Positions 1-12,615 are shown, counted from the first letter of the whole stretch. The stretch is 51,690 bases of DNA, filler included, from Sphacelaria rigidula (GCA_964200075.2; 4 parts of 4 records of this genome joined end to end with filler, not necessarily neighbours in it), one strand, 5' to 3'. The notes: generated by a model from the letters alone, not told the origin. Numbers and translations are program-made.

Positions 1-399
1 CCCTGCATGGGAGGGATGGGACTTCAACCTCATATTTTGTTTCAACCCCAAAAATTAGGATCGGCTGTTATCTACTGATGCCTTTAGACAACTGCTACAC
101 GCCATATATATGGATTTCGATCATGGAATGTTGGGGTCCTAGGTGAAAAATTAATCTTGGAACCATCTTGGCGTCCGTTCAGACACCCGAGATTCCCCAA
201 ACATAGCTTTTTCACCTCGGACCCCGACATTTCGGTGATCGATATTTGAATTTTTTTGGCGTGTAGCAATCGTGAATAGCGATCAGTAGGTGAAGAAATA
301 GGACCATATTTCGAAGATTTGGTGTGGATACACAGATCCTAATTTTCCGGGTGTCTCATCCCCAATAAAAGATCCATCCCCAATTTGCAAGATCCCGTG
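1..399. mobile_element. Palindromic MITE/foldback element, copy 1 (left end cut by the contig start)
   Basis: Internal inverted arms: tgctacacgcca (~92) / tggcgtgtagca (~257) and atgttggggtcctaggtgaaaaa / tttttcacctcggaccccgacat. Ends in ATCCCGTG at 399. Homologous to 1804-2261 with the central spacer in the opposite orientation. Confidence 0.8.
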
Positions 400-1803
400 T
401 TTCAACGCGTTGAATCGTCATCAATTTCACAATAAACCAGGACGTATGCATGCTGAAGATGTTCAAATGTGCCCAAAGGTGGTACACGGCGAGGGATGTC
501 AATGTTGATATTGAATACTTCATGGTTCAACCCTTACACAGCGAAGAAGGTAGGTAACCTGCTGAATCGCATCAGTTTTCACTTGAAACAAGTATGCGTG
601 ATCCAAATGGACTACCCGCACCGCGGTCTGAGGGGAGGATTCAACAAGTGACCGATGTTGACGTACACAACAAACATGGCGACATTCACGGATGAGCCTG
701 AGTTTCCTACATGAACGTCAACCCTTAGACCACGAGATTAGTCCTTCTGGATCACGCATACTTCTCCTTCACTTGAAATTGATGCCTATTTAACAGAAGA
801 CTAACCTCGCGGTCCAAGGGTCAAAGCCTACGGTGCACACAGGAATACGTTATTCTTGCGGCCAGATAAAATGGTACTGTACTCATGGATGGCGATGCTG
901 AGTCCATCTCCTGTTTGCCTTCTTCGTGCCTGACAGAAAGTTCTCGTGTGCCCTTGACCTGAGTTGTTCCCAGATTGTCCGGCTTCCCTCGAAGTTAATT
1001 CTATCGGCGGAACGAAGCCTGCGCCAAGCATCAGTCGCTCCCGTGCTGATGACGTTACAGCGCTCGGAATCCGTCGTTTTGTAGACAAACGCATCGTTTT
1101 CCGCGTCTCCCGCTTTCGAACGTCGATACGCGGGGCTAGCAGAATCCCGCGGTTATAGGTTGGCGTGTACTTGTTTCAGTGTTCCGGCACGCGAAGGCCC
1201 GCCGAGGCTTCGCGCAAAACCACGAGGGCTTTCCTCGTGACTGATGTCGCTCACGGTAGTCCTCTTCAGGAATGTTATAAGGATGACAGAATGTGGAGTG
1301 GGACGTGCTGCGGACAGGAGAGTGGGCGCCATGGTCCTCGTTACTGCCGATCTGGTGGTATCGCTGCCGGTGCTGCTGCTCCTGCTGCTGCTGCCATGTG
1401 CGATGCAGGTTACTGGTCACCAGCATCAGCAGCCTTCAAGGCTTAGCAGAGAACATGGCATCGCCATCGCGCGCCTGTCCTGCTGCGCTATTGCAGACGG
1501 AGGTTTCGGTGTCAATCGTGCTGCTCTCAGCGTGAGCGCGCCACGATGACTGACGGGGCCAACTCGACTGTCGCCGTCCCTCGTGCTGTGACGGCAGGGT
1601 CGACCGGGTGTGACTCGTTTAATGTTCACTACTGACATTGGCGGAGACCCATCTTTCCTCCTGTTGTGGGAGACGCGAGCTCTATCTCCTGTCCCATCCC
1701 CCATGTCAAAAACGCAGCGGAGCCTTGGCTGTATAGACGGAATGTCGTGTCTACGGCGAAGGTTTAATGAATGTGCACACCCCCGATTTGTAGGTCCCGA
1801 CAA

Positions 1804-2261
1804 CACGGGATTTTTTTCTTGGGATTCAACAAATTGGGGATGTATCATTCATTGGGGATGGGAAACCCGGACTATGAAAATCTTCGTCTCCGCACCAAAT
1901 ATTCGAAATAAGGTTCCATTTCTTCCACCTACTCGAAGCTTTCGACAACTGCTACACGCCATAGAAATTTGAATTTCGAACACCGAAATGTTGGGGTCCA
2001 AGGTGAAAAATATAGTTTGGTGGAATTTCGGGTGTCCGAGCGGACGCCAAGATGGTTCCGATATGGTTCTTCTTTACCTAGGACCCCGACATTTCGGCGA
2101 TTGAAATTCAAGTTCCTGTAGCGTGTAGCAGTTGTCAAAAGCTATCGGTAGGTGAAGAAATGGAACCACATTCCGAAGATTCAATGTGAATACGAAGATT
2201 GTAATCCTCCGGATTTCCCATCCCCAATAAATGATCCATCCCCAGTTTGTTACATCCCGTA
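1804..2261. mobile_element. Palindromic MITE/foldback element, copy 2 (arms of about 190 bp)
   Basis: Starts CACGGGAT and ends ATCCCGT(a). Arms pair along their length, e.g. ttggggatgggaaa / tttcccatccccaa and gacaactgctacacgc / gcgtgtagcagttgtc. No clear TSD. Confidence 0.8.
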
Positions 2262-2962
2262 TTCAACCCACAGGCAGCAGGAAAGACGTCCTGCTTTATT
2301 TCGAAATCCTGCCATTTAGCAGGGTTGATTCTCAAATGAGGCAAGATAGATTTTCCATCAAGGAGCCAGCTGAAATTCTCGGATTTCCGTTTAGTGATGA
2401 CTCGCGGAACATCAGAGCTTTGGTTCTTTCCAAGGATGGGTTGAGAGCTGATGGGTAACAACCACCAATCGAGTTATGCATCTCCGTCGAAAGTCACCTT
2501 TTCCGTGAAGTTCTACCCTGATCCACTCGGTGGACGCAGCAGATTCCGGGTATTCGGAATTCTCCCGCTCGCGTGTGACGTTTCACGTTTCTACGGTCAG
2601 TTGTTTTCTTGTCTCATTTTAGTTGCCCTGTCTTGTCACTCCCACACCCCCAACAGACAAGTCGGCATTATGGCTGTCGGCAGTAAAAAATATCACGTTG
2701 TAGGTACCAGCCTACTACGGGAAAGCCGGACTAATCCGATACACTGCAGCTCATCTATGGAAGGATAGATGAAAACAAAACGTCAATGGGACCGAAAACT
2801 CTGCAAACTTCCTATGGACGACTTCCCTGCGGTGGTTACGTGTCGCTTCCACTCTCAGCATGCACTGGAGCGACAACGAGAGGGCGCATGCCATCAAGTG
2901 GGGTACGACACAAGGCGCCCGGGAAATTCCAAGTCCCGACCTCGACGTTACTGTCTTGGCAT

Positions 2963-3046
2963 TTACTTCGACTTCTTCTTTGCGAGCATCTTCTGGTAGA
3001 ACTCCAGTTCCTTGCCCTCCAGTACGTAGCCGTCGCAGCGGCCGCA
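2963..3046 (-). CDS. RPS8: RPS8 coding exon 6 (terminal)
   Basis: acag|TGCGGCCGC...AAGTAA; encodes [27 protein letters not shown]. Confidence 0.97.
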   Translation of the reverse strand, partial: CGRCDGYVLEGKELEFYQKMLAKKKSK

Positions 3047-6000
3047 CTGTCCGAACGGTATAACGTAAAAATTACGGAAGCCAGGTGGGAGTGTTGAGAA
3101 TTGTATACAACATCGTTCAGTCTTCCCTGCGGCTGAAGGTTATGCTCATCACGAGGGTACAAGAGCATATCACCTGGCGTGCCGTGCGTAAATGACTTTC
3201 AACTTCGCTTCCCTTCACAGTCGGGACGGAAGAAGCCAGGTTTTCGCGATTACGAGGAAGGGCTGTGCTTCGTTCGTTACTCACACTCATGATTTGGGCC
3301 TCGAAATGAACCCCACACGTTGCGAGACGGAAAATCGTCACGGGGGAATCTTTCTCACAGTTCACAGTGTGGATACAACGAGATGAGGATACAACGAGAT
3401 AAGGGGATCCCGTTGCCAAAGGATGCCCGCCTCGTTGGTCGTAAAATCACGTGAATTGTACAGGAGTGGGTGGTCGGATAATTCAGGGGTGTTTTGGGGT
3501 TTTCTTTGCGTACTACATTTCGATAGAACTTGAAATTGCTAGTTTCGTTGGATTCTAGTACAACAAAGCAGATCATCCTCGAAACACACTGCCCAAGTCA
3601 GTGTTAGTTGATGTTATCGGGGGAAACGAATAAATACCCCGTTCATCGGGAGGGTATTTTTGACTGTGAAAACACGGTTTTCCGGCTCTAGTGGAGTGAG
3701 TGGACAGAAATTCGAAAAAAACACGCCTCTACAATCCTCCGCAGATATGATCGGGATGGGATTGATCGTCCGGAAAACGAGAAAAATTAGGATGAAACGG
3801 GGCAGGACGCCCGATGACCGGTCAGGCCTCAAGTCACTCCGTACCAAGTACAGAGAATTTCTCTTTCTTGGAAGGTGCAGCGGATACGAAAATATCAGAA
3901 AGCAAAGGGGGCTCAGATCACACAGAATGCCACAAGATGAATAGTTGGGCTGCCCACTGCTGTCGCAAAAGCGACGTGTGCAACATATTTTATTTTTACT
4001 GGGAGGTTACCACGGTACCATGATTCAATGATTGCAACATCTGGTGCGTTGAGTATAAAAGTGACATTTGCTCTTAGTAAAAGGTTTACAACACAACCTG
4101 TCAAAGCAGTTGTGAGAGCAAGACTTTTTTGAACACCGGATCGATGCTACATCGGAGTTGTGAGGCGGCACGGTCAAGAGGTGAGTGAGCCCGTTTCCGC
4201 ATAAAAACCACTTGGGAGTTGTCGTTGCATGGTGTGATTTGGTGTCGTCTCACCACACTAGTCCACGATTACCAACATCGTGCGCGGTATCAAATTCGTC
4301 CAAAAATACGTGTGAAAGACCTCGTCAAAACAAGACGAGAGGCAGACAACCACCTTTTCCGCAAACCGAGTGGCAAGAAGGATTCCACGAACCGAGCACA
4401 TCTGAACAAATTTATTGCCACACACCTGCCCGGGGCGAGAGGAGATACAGGCCAGGAAGCGACCTGAGGCCACTTGCTCATCAAGAAGGGTGTCCAGAGT
4501 ACGGGTTGCCTGGCGCTTGGCCAGCTTGCGCTGTACGTGGTCAGACTTGGCCACCTCCTGCACGACGCATTGCAAGAATTACATCAGGGAGGAGGGGCGG
4601 GTCAAAGAATGCTGACGTGCAAGATACAGTAGGGGGGCACTGAATAATTGCCCCGTTGATACAACCGAGGCACAAACGTCCACGACCTTCTCGCGTCCAG
4701 TGAATCACTCAAAATTGAACGTGTTTTGCACTCACGGGTTTGACCTCCACATGAACCAACTACGTGTCCATTCCATCACCTGCTGTCAAACCTCGGGAAG
4801 TGTCTCATGGCCTCACACAATTCCATGTGCAAGGCCCAGGACAATGTATAGTTAGCTTCATGATTCATCAAGAGAAAAACGTTGTCACGGTTCGGCGCTG
4901 ATCTAGAGGAAAAAAGCTCTCCCTTGCTGAGCGTGATGACATCGACCATACAACATGCTCTCCCATCAAACACTTGTACTTCTTCGACTCGTTGATCGCG
5001 AGCGTCCTTCATCCATGGGATCTGCATCGTTCACTCGTATCAATGGAGGTAAACGTACGTCGTTTGGACGTGTCCCTTATCCTCCCCGTGGGTCCATGGG
5101 AGAAAGGGGGAATTGGAACGGGTTGGTCTTGCACGCATGCTCCATCGTGTTCCCATGACAAGTTCGCCATTCATCACATCAGGTGCTGACAAATGTCATC
5201 CAACAAACGTCCGGCGAGACAGCAGTACACTCATCGATCATCCGCCACCAACAGGCTGGCGATTTTGGAGTCAAAACATGCTCACTAGCCGAGCAAATGA
5301 GTAAGAAAATACGCTCGACACTTTCACCGGGACCGCCCCACCCTCACTTGCATCATCAGATAACAAAAACGTGAACGCCAAAGTACTCGCTCAAGACAGC
5401 ATACTCCTGGCGATTGGCCCAATAAAGCAGAGCGTCACAATTTGTCGGGAAACGACCCGGAAGGTTGACGAGACACCTCTCGAGTACAAGGGCAACTAAT
5501 ACGTGCGATCTGGAACGAGTACCGTCTTCCACACCAAAAGATCAATCGTTGATACTACTCCGCATATTATTTTTCAACCAACGGACTTGAAGAAACGGCG
5601 ATATATTTCGATGTCAGAGGCAAACGCGAAGTGTATAATGTAACGCAATATTGCGCACCTTGGGCAAATTATGGTGAATAGTTGCAATAGGTCTAAACTT
5701 CACGCAGTACATTTCTCGTCTAATGCAACTTCTGACCATATTTTGTCCAAGGTGTGCAATATTCTCGTAGATGAGATTCATGTCCGCAACGCATACCCTT
5801 TATGTTATTCTACCCCCCCCAACCGGACAAACGGCGAATAGTCTCACATCTCGCTTGGGTACAGGGCTAGGGATGAAGTAGCCAAGCACAGTCCACAAAC
5901 TCCAAGTTACTGAGGATAGCATCTTCGTCAAGAACGGGTTGTGGTCATCGACGCACTTCCTGTGTCAAGCACTCAAAATCCTGCAGTGCTCACCTCGCTC

Positions 6001-9000
6001 TCCTCCTTGGGGGGCGCCTTCTTGCCCTTCTTCACGCCAATCACGACGCCGTAGTGGCTCTCGTACCAGTGCTTGAAGGGGTGAGCGTCGATCTACCGAC
6101 AAACAAGTCGCACGTTCATCGAGAGATAATGGCATGGAGGATGAGAGGGTGTAAATAATGATACCCCAAGCAATCTCGAACAAGGGCCAGATGACATTAT
6201 ACATGGTGCACTCGCCGGGATTTCGTCATCATGTGTGACAGACGGCGCAGTTGGTTGTTTTCATATATATTTCAGGAAAGGACACAATCGGAGGAGACAA
6301 GTCACTACACATGTATACATCTTGTGTGTATACATCCAACTGCACCATCTGTGGGTCACACATGATTCCTTTTGCAATTTTTTTTTTCATGTTCTAGTAT
6401 CGGAAAATCGGAACAGAAACAAGTGCACTACTCGTGTGTATCGTCATAGCCCTTGATCACGACATTCATTTCACGGATGCGCAACTGTCGGAACACGTTA
6501 CACCGGTAACTTCTTCGACTCGAGGGAGGGCATCTACCTTACACGCTTGTGAAACCTTCAAATTCATGCCTTCATGGTGCGAAGATGTACAGGGAGAATA
6601 GGCGCCGGCTGCGCACATCGAGTACACACCTCAACACCACGTTACGCTTTTTCGGGACTTCTCTGTACCATTACAACTTTACACGGACGCAAGTGGCACA
6701 ATCGACAAGGGCCTAACCACGACTCATTACACATTTCCAGGCACGAAGGTCACGAAGGCGGAGGAAAGCCCTGTACACAAACGCAGAGTACAGTCGTCTC
6801 ACCACGACGATGGCGTTTTTCACGAGGGTCTTCGTCCGGACCAATTCGTTGTTGCTGGCATTGTAGACCACGTCAAGGATACGCGTCTTCCGGGTGCAAA
6901 CTGTGCAGGGATGGGGGGAGGGAGAACAACGAAATATCCACATGTCAGATGACATTCCTTCCAATGCATCATAGTTTAGAAAGATGAAAAGAGGGGTGGA
7001 GGAACATACACACCGACGAGACAATTTCCCTAGCATAACCGAATACCCATTTCTCAGCGTACGTCCTTCGGTGAGGACGAGGAAGGTTACACAGCATCAG
7101 TCGTCAACCGCAATCACTGAACGCGTTTTGGGATCCCGTGCCATAAAGCGTCGCCAATATTCACATCCGTGCACCACCTGCACACACTGGACAAAAGAAC
7201 GTGTTGACGGGAAGTATACTGCGTACAGTCTCGACAATTGCGTCGATTTTCGTCGACTAAATCATGTGCTGTGCACAGTACAAGAAAAATGATCTAAGAT
7301 GATTCCAACACCTGAAAAAATGCAGCCGCCGCCCATATGCGAGCATTGGACACTGACAGGTTGTCAGCAGATCCTTCAGCTCCCAGTGCGTAACTCATGC
7401 ACACGCTGGACGAATATGGCCAGTACGTGTATCAGATAACAAGTGTCCTGGATCAAGTACGAACCTGTATTACTCTGTTGTCGGCCGTCAAGAGTTGCAA
7501 TGCGTCTACACTGTACCCAGTACACCCAGTACACTTCTTCCGTCTATTGCATCCGTTGATTACCCATGTCATGTCCAGGGTACAGACTTGTGGTATTTCG
7601 ACTGAAGTTTGGGCATTCTAGCTCGTTATCCGACTTTGGAGTGACCGCAGACTCGATTCAGGACTGCGACGATCAACAAAGCGCCGGTACGTGTGAAATG
7701 AAAAAATCACGGGTACTGTCATGTGAACCCCGACTTGGGTGAAGGGGAGTCAGACCAGAAAACTCGAGCGCATGAGGGTCCCAGTTTATTTCAGTCAATG
7801 CATCGTATCCAAAATCATGGGCGAATTACATCCTCATCGAGCTTGAATACAATGTGCAATCTGGCCGTCGTTCGTGATGTGAAGGGGAGATCGGAGCGAC
7901 CCGTGTTTTTTCGACCGCCTGGGGACGCGTATCTGCTGAATTCTTGCTTGACCATTCCATCACGAGATGCACTACTCGGGTCTCGAAGACATTCCAAGGG
8001 TACGTCGAGTGGAGCATACCGAATTGCGGGGTATCTCGAAAGACGCACTTGAGGTACCTGAACTAGGTGCAACTGTTTGGAGTCGTATATAAGCTATAAC
8101 TGGAAAGCGATACCTGAGAACCCACCCTCAGGATATTCCACACCTTGGACATAATGTGGTCTATAGTTGCGATGGACAAGAAACGTACTGCGTCAAGTAT
8201 GGAGCTATCGTGACTATTGTCGGCCGGCAGTAGTCGCATAGCCCCATACTTGACGCAGTACACTTCTCGTCTTTCGCATCCATTGACCATAGATTGTCCA
8301 GGGTGTGAAATATTCCAGGTACGACTTTCAAGATACCCCGCAATTGAGAAGAGTCTACTCGACCTCCCCTTGGAACTCTTCTCTTTCAATTGAAGGAGTC
8401 ACAACTTGAACGAGGGTGTCGGGTGGGGTATCCTCCACCCGAGTATTTGGAAAAGTTGTACTTCGAAGCAATCCGAAACCCTGGCATAATAGCTCGTTAA
8501 AAAAGTACCGAGACATCGGGCGAATATGATCGTACCTAACTTCGCCCAATATTTGAGATCGTACCATTTAAATACAGAAGTTGTTCCCCGCCCACTATGA
8601 TGTCGCAACCGTTGCAAGATACCTGCATGTTCTCTATGAGACACTCATTTGCCCGTCGGAGAGCAAACTCACCCTCGGTACCCCAGCTAAAGTTGCCGGT
8701 GTCCAGCCTGAGCGCGCGGTACTTCATGTTGCCACCCCTGCAGCGCACGGGATGCACGCGCTTGTGGCCCAGCTTGGTCATCGCCCCGGGGCGCCCCATC
8801 TCAAACTTCCTCTTCTTCCTAAACTTCGCGCGCTTCCCGCCCGTCTCACGGCGCTTGTGCCGCGAGTCCCTAGAGATACCTGTCGACATCAAATCAACAA
8901 ATCATCGTATGAAGGTACACAGGATGACATCGGGAGATGTTACAGGTACGAAAATAAGTTGGGTACGATTCATCACAAAGCTTACTCTTGTACTGCAACT

Positions 9001-10744
9001 GCAACGGCGCCCGAAAAGGGTGCCAGGCGAACCGTATCTTGATGACAGTTCTTCATTCAGCCGCCAACAGTACATACAGGCTAGGAGGTGGGTCCGATTC
9101 TGTTCACCGTCCTCGTGCTGAACCTTTTTTCAGCAGTTGGGGGGGGGGGGGGGCAGGGTGTAACATCAGTCGCTATCCGGCGAGAGTCGTGCTGGTGGGA
9201 CAGCTGCACATACTCAGGACCGACGTCGGCAACGCTTGCTGAAGTTGAAGTGGGTGGGTATGAAAAATTCGGATGGGGCCGACCGTAGACTTGCGAGCTG
9301 CGCATTACGAAGGAGCTGACAGCTCGTGACGAGTGTACAAGGAGGGGCAGACGTGTTTCTCCGTGACGACGCCGGTCCTGAGTGACTTCTTCATCTTTAC
9401 CCCTACAAACCAGGTGGACAGTTTGATCATGCAATGATGACGGTTGACCATGTGTTTTCCCTTTTGCGCATGACTTTCCCAGAGTATGGTCATGGTGCAC
9501 TGACGGGCCCTACAGCTCGACGGTCAAGTGGTCAACTGTCAAGTACCAGACCCAAACAGCGGTCACTACACTACCCATACCGGGAAGGGTATATCATCAA
9601 ACTGCTGTGAGACAGACAGCAAGCAACAAGCAACGGAAGTGAAGACGGTCGAGGGCATGCTCCCACCGGGAGACCCTCGCTCTGGTGTAGCAAACTTCAC
9701 GTTGTGTTCGAGCCGACACAAGGATCATCACAGGTGTCATGCCGGATGCTTGGCGTTGTTCCTCACCACGAACAAGATGTATGGCGATACCGTACCCCAA
9801 TGTCGAGCCGCCTCAGCAATCAACAGATCGGTTCACGGCACGCTCGAACCAGTGCCGTCCAGCCGACACTGACTGCGACAATTGGTACACTCAGCAGTAA
9901 TGACCCTAGGAGACTACGAACTGATCAGCGACGATGCAAATGATCAGCCACGATCTCAAGAGAGAGACAAGTGGAACAAGCGTGAGGTTACTGATTGATA
10001 ATGAGTTGTCCGCCACCGTTTGCGGTTATAGCACCGCTATGTCGGTCATCGACATGTCACAAGAAGTTACTCCTTGCTATCGTGAAAAATTCAGTCCTGC
10101 ATACTGCTTCTCGTCGACGGGCGCTCAGTATAGTACCGCACGGTGTAGTATCCTATCGTCTGTCCTCATAGTTGAGGCATAGTCAGTACTCGAACCCGAG
10201 GTTTTGAATTTGGCGTTTCGATGCACAACACGAACTGCTGTGGAAGTGATATGCGGTGATCCCTCACGTGCGAACAGGAATCATACACTCGCCGACAGAG
10301 ACAGAGAGGCTAGCAGCACTAGGAACAGATGAACGGCACGGGACGGGAGCAGATGCCATCAGACAGGGCTCGAGCAACCTCTGGGTGTTCGCAAAACGAC
10401 GTACGCAGTACTGTGCAACAGAAGCACATCAGTGGTAGACGTGCTACCAACACCTCTGTTGCAACAATTTGAAGCCCTAGAGTTTCCTTGTCCCACCAAA
10501 TCTAGGCCCGAGCGGCGCGATACTGCCCCCTCACGCATCCCCGCCTAGCCCCCAGGGCCGCCAAGGGTGCCATAGCTCTTAGCCCATCGCATCCACAAAC
10601 GGCTCTTGGCTCGCTCTCACACACCGCACACTAAACGGCGGAAGAAAAGACAGACCGCATTGCTGCTGAGAGGCCACAACAAAACAATACACGACAACAC
10701 CGGGTAGTGCTCATGGTCATGCATCTCTTTCATCACTCACCCAT
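2963..10744 (-). CDS. RPS8: 40S ribosomal protein S8 (eS8), 6 coding exons, 207 aa
   Basis: Exons 10744-10741, 8879-8673, 6900-6803, 6092-5994, 4557-4426 and 3046-2963. All introns are GT-AG, phases are consistent, total 624 nt. Translation [18 protein letters not shown]...[65 protein letters not shown]...[37 protein letters not shown] is typical eS8. Confidence 0.98.
4426..4557 (-). CDS. RPS8: RPS8 coding exon 5
   Basis: gcag|GAGGTG...GGGCAG|gtgtg; encodes [12 protein letters not shown]...[14 protein letters not shown]. Confidence 0.96.
5654..5756. mobile_element. CACACCTTGGACA-TIR MITE, internally deleted copy, in RPS8 intron 4
   Basis: Ends cgcaccttgggcaaa...tttgtccaaggtgtg. 8-bp flanks caatattg / caatattc. 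Confidence 0.8.
5994..6092 (-). CDS. RPS8: RPS8 coding exon 4
   Basis: ggtag|ATCGAC...AGCGAG|gtgag; encodes [33 protein letters not shown]. Confidence 0.95.
6803..6900 (-). CDS. RPS8: RPS8 coding exon 3
   Basis: cacag|TTTGCACC...GTCGTG|gtgag; encodes (V)[32 protein letters not shown]. Confidence 0.97.
7400..7584. mobile_element. CACACCTTGGACA-TIR MITE, degenerate copy, in RPS8 intron 2
   Basis: Ends cacacgctggac...tgtccagggtaca. Shares the core ttgtcggccg and cagtacacttct with the other copies. A partial copy lies at about 7181-7281. Confidence 0.6.
7992..8376. mobile_element. MITE with ~60-bp TIRs hosting a nested MITE
   Basis: ttccaagggtacgtcgag...aattgcggggtatctcgaaag (7992-8045) is the inverted partner of ctttcaagataccccgcaatt...ctcgacctccccttggaa (8325-8376). 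Confidence 0.65.
8139..8307. mobile_element. CACACCTTGGACA-TIR MITE (~170 bp), nested
   Basis: Ends cacaccttggaca...tgtccagggtgtg, near-palindromic throughout. Flanks ggatattc / aaatattc. Confidence 0.85.
8673..8879 (-). CDS. RPS8: RPS8 coding exon 2
   Basis: cag|GTATCTCTAGG...ACCGAGG|gtgag; encodes (G)[10 protein letters not shown]...GNFSWGTE. Confidence 0.97.
10741..10744 (-). CDS. RPS8: RPS8 coding exon 1 (ATGG only)
   Basis: Minus strand GCAGC ATGG|GTGAGT, a consensus donor. The G joins GT of exon 2 to give Met-Gly. Confidence 0.85.
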
Positions 10745-10780
10745 GCTGCAGCCGCAGGTGGTGTTCCGTCAGCAGAGACA

Positions 10781-10847
10781 GAGCAACTGAACGATCGGGG
10801 CAACCCCCTTGCACGCACCTCAAAGCCACCACCCAAGTCTGGCCAAT
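10781..10847 (-). promoter_or_regulatory. Putative RPS8 core promoter (initiator-like TCAGTT, CCAAT box)
   Basis: Minus strand TTCAGTTGCTC about 45 nt upstream of the ATG; CCAAT at 10843-10847. Motifs only, no TSS data. Confidence 0.3.
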
Positions 10848-11322
10848 CATATGCTCTCAAAAATTGACGCCTTTGCCAGCATACAAAACTTGCCTCGCAT
10901 TTGCCATGACCATATTTAAATTCACCAAGGCCCCTGGCATGGTGCAGAAGTATTTGAAATATTTTCGCATACAATGTATTTCTTGTTATAGTACATATTC
11001 GATCGGTGTATGTTTCAGCTTTATGTCTGCTTTCTATTGAATTTTCTTTCTCGGAGCCTCCAGGTATAAGTTACGGGTCTGAACATCCATTAGTAGTGTA
11101 CATCGACGCATATTTTGTCATAATTAACTTCTGTACGTCTGTGAACTTTGTCAGTATTATTGTCGAGTGCCTTTCCCATGCAAGCGCATCGGGTGTTTTG
11201 CGGGTAGCCTAGACCAAAGCACTCCAGTGCCCTTTCTCTCTTCACGTTCCACGCAAAGCGACTTCCTTCTCCTGAAAATTTATAGAGTGCACTTCCATAC
11301 AGTACGTTATTTCATCTACCCT

Positions 11323-12410
11323 ATGCCGGGATCGGACCAGGAGCGAGGTTCAACGTCGAGTCGAGCTGATACGCCGCCGCATAAGCGTCCTCGCCGGGCT
11401 GCAGAGGGGCAACACGTAGAGAACGAGCGTAGCAGCAGCAGCAGCAGCAGTACCCCTTGCGTGGGATCATCGTCACCTTCTGCGAAAGAGAAAGAGAGGT
11501 ATGCGGGCGATATTTTGTACTGCTTCATCCTACACATAGCATTTGTTGCGCTTTTTAGCATGTTATCCACGTGCTGTGCTACACACCCTGGGGTGCGGAC
11601 GCTTTGTTCTAAGGAATGTTGCATCGAAACCCTGCGCTGCCGCGCTGGCGGTGACGGCTGCACATGGACGAGAAGTGCAGGAATAATTGAAATAGTCTTG
11701 CTGAGATATTCCGACGAACGCGCCGTCCTCTGCCGCTGTCACAACACACTGGAAATAGTCGAGATAGTCATGTACGTCAAAACGTCCGCAATTCCCCCCC
11801 CCCCCCCCCCCAACCCCTTTCCCTCCAGTGCGTTCACAGAGGGTCCATTGCACACAGTATGTACAACGGAAACTCAGAAAACATGGTTGAATATATACTC
11901 CGCACGACCTAAATCTACTATACCCAGCTCTACCCTGTGTGTCCGCAGGAGTCTTTTTGCCTGAAGTTTGGAAAAGGCGCTTTCGTAGTCTTCAAAAACC
12001 CACAGTAGAGGATCAACTGGTTAACCTTGGCATTGAGCTCAATCAGTAATCAGCAACCCACGAAAATTCTTGGACGCTTTTGGATCCGCCCGGAAAAAAA
12101 TACGACGTAAACAGTCACCATTAATAGAGCGACACCAGCCGGCTGGCGTCGTGGTTTTCTAGAGCTTACCGCCTGAGAACTTGACCCCTTCGGCATGGTA
12201 CTAAAGCAAGATGTTGAGCAGTTCGCTGACATACGTGAGGCAAGATATCGTATGGATCGAGTGAAAAGTGATCGTATTTATGTAGGGGCAGCCCACCCTG
12301 CGTTACAGAGATCGTGCTAGACAGATTTTGTGCAGTAGTACAATCCCTCGACCTTTCAAGCAGCGGGACAGAGCCCCCAGCGCAGGCTGACTGTTCAACG
12401 GTACATGTCT
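11323..12410 (+). pseudogene. Decayed, probably intron-containing ORF of unknown function, divergent from RPS8
   Basis: ATG at 11323 opens MPGSDQERG...PPHKRPRR...KEKER with a donor AG|GTATGC after 11498. After the acceptor ccgcag| (11950) protein-like stretches (VFLPEVWKRRFRSLQKPTVEDQLVNLGIELNQ; ISNPRKFLDAFGSARKKIRRK; ELDPFGMVLKQDVEQFADIRE) are split by frameshifts and stops. Confidence 0.4.
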
Positions 12411-12437
12411 GCGTACGTCCTTTGTCATATATACTCA

Positions 12438-12615
12438 TTTTTTTTTGTTACGACTTAGTCTGCTATGTCGTTCTGTTCGATCCCCCCCCTTTTCTTCTCT
12501 GTTCCTTCTTTTCCTCAAAGCGTGTGTCAGTTTCGTTGTTCTTGGGTACGTCTATCATGAGACTACGGCTGGACCCCTGGGAGGTCAGTTAAAGTGCGAC
12601 GATCAATCAATCAAT
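12438..12615 (+). mobile_element. 3' end of a non-LTR retroelement with an (ATCA)n tail, copy 1
   Basis: T-rich 3'UTR ...gggtacgtctatcatgagact...ggacccctgggaggtcagttaaagtgcgac followed by atcaatcaatcaat. Homologous to 27195-27347 and 31180-31427. Confidence 0.75.

Noticed and set aside
8581..9121. Plus-strand ORFs of 153 and 174 aa
   Set aside because: Antisense shadows of the GC-rich RPS8 exon 2.
4860..10060. C/D snoRNAs at sense-strand TGATGA-like boxes (~4865, 5171, 5231, 6226, 9594, 9725, 10046)
   Set aside because: None combines a properly spaced CTGA, a terminal stem and a recognisable rRNA guide.
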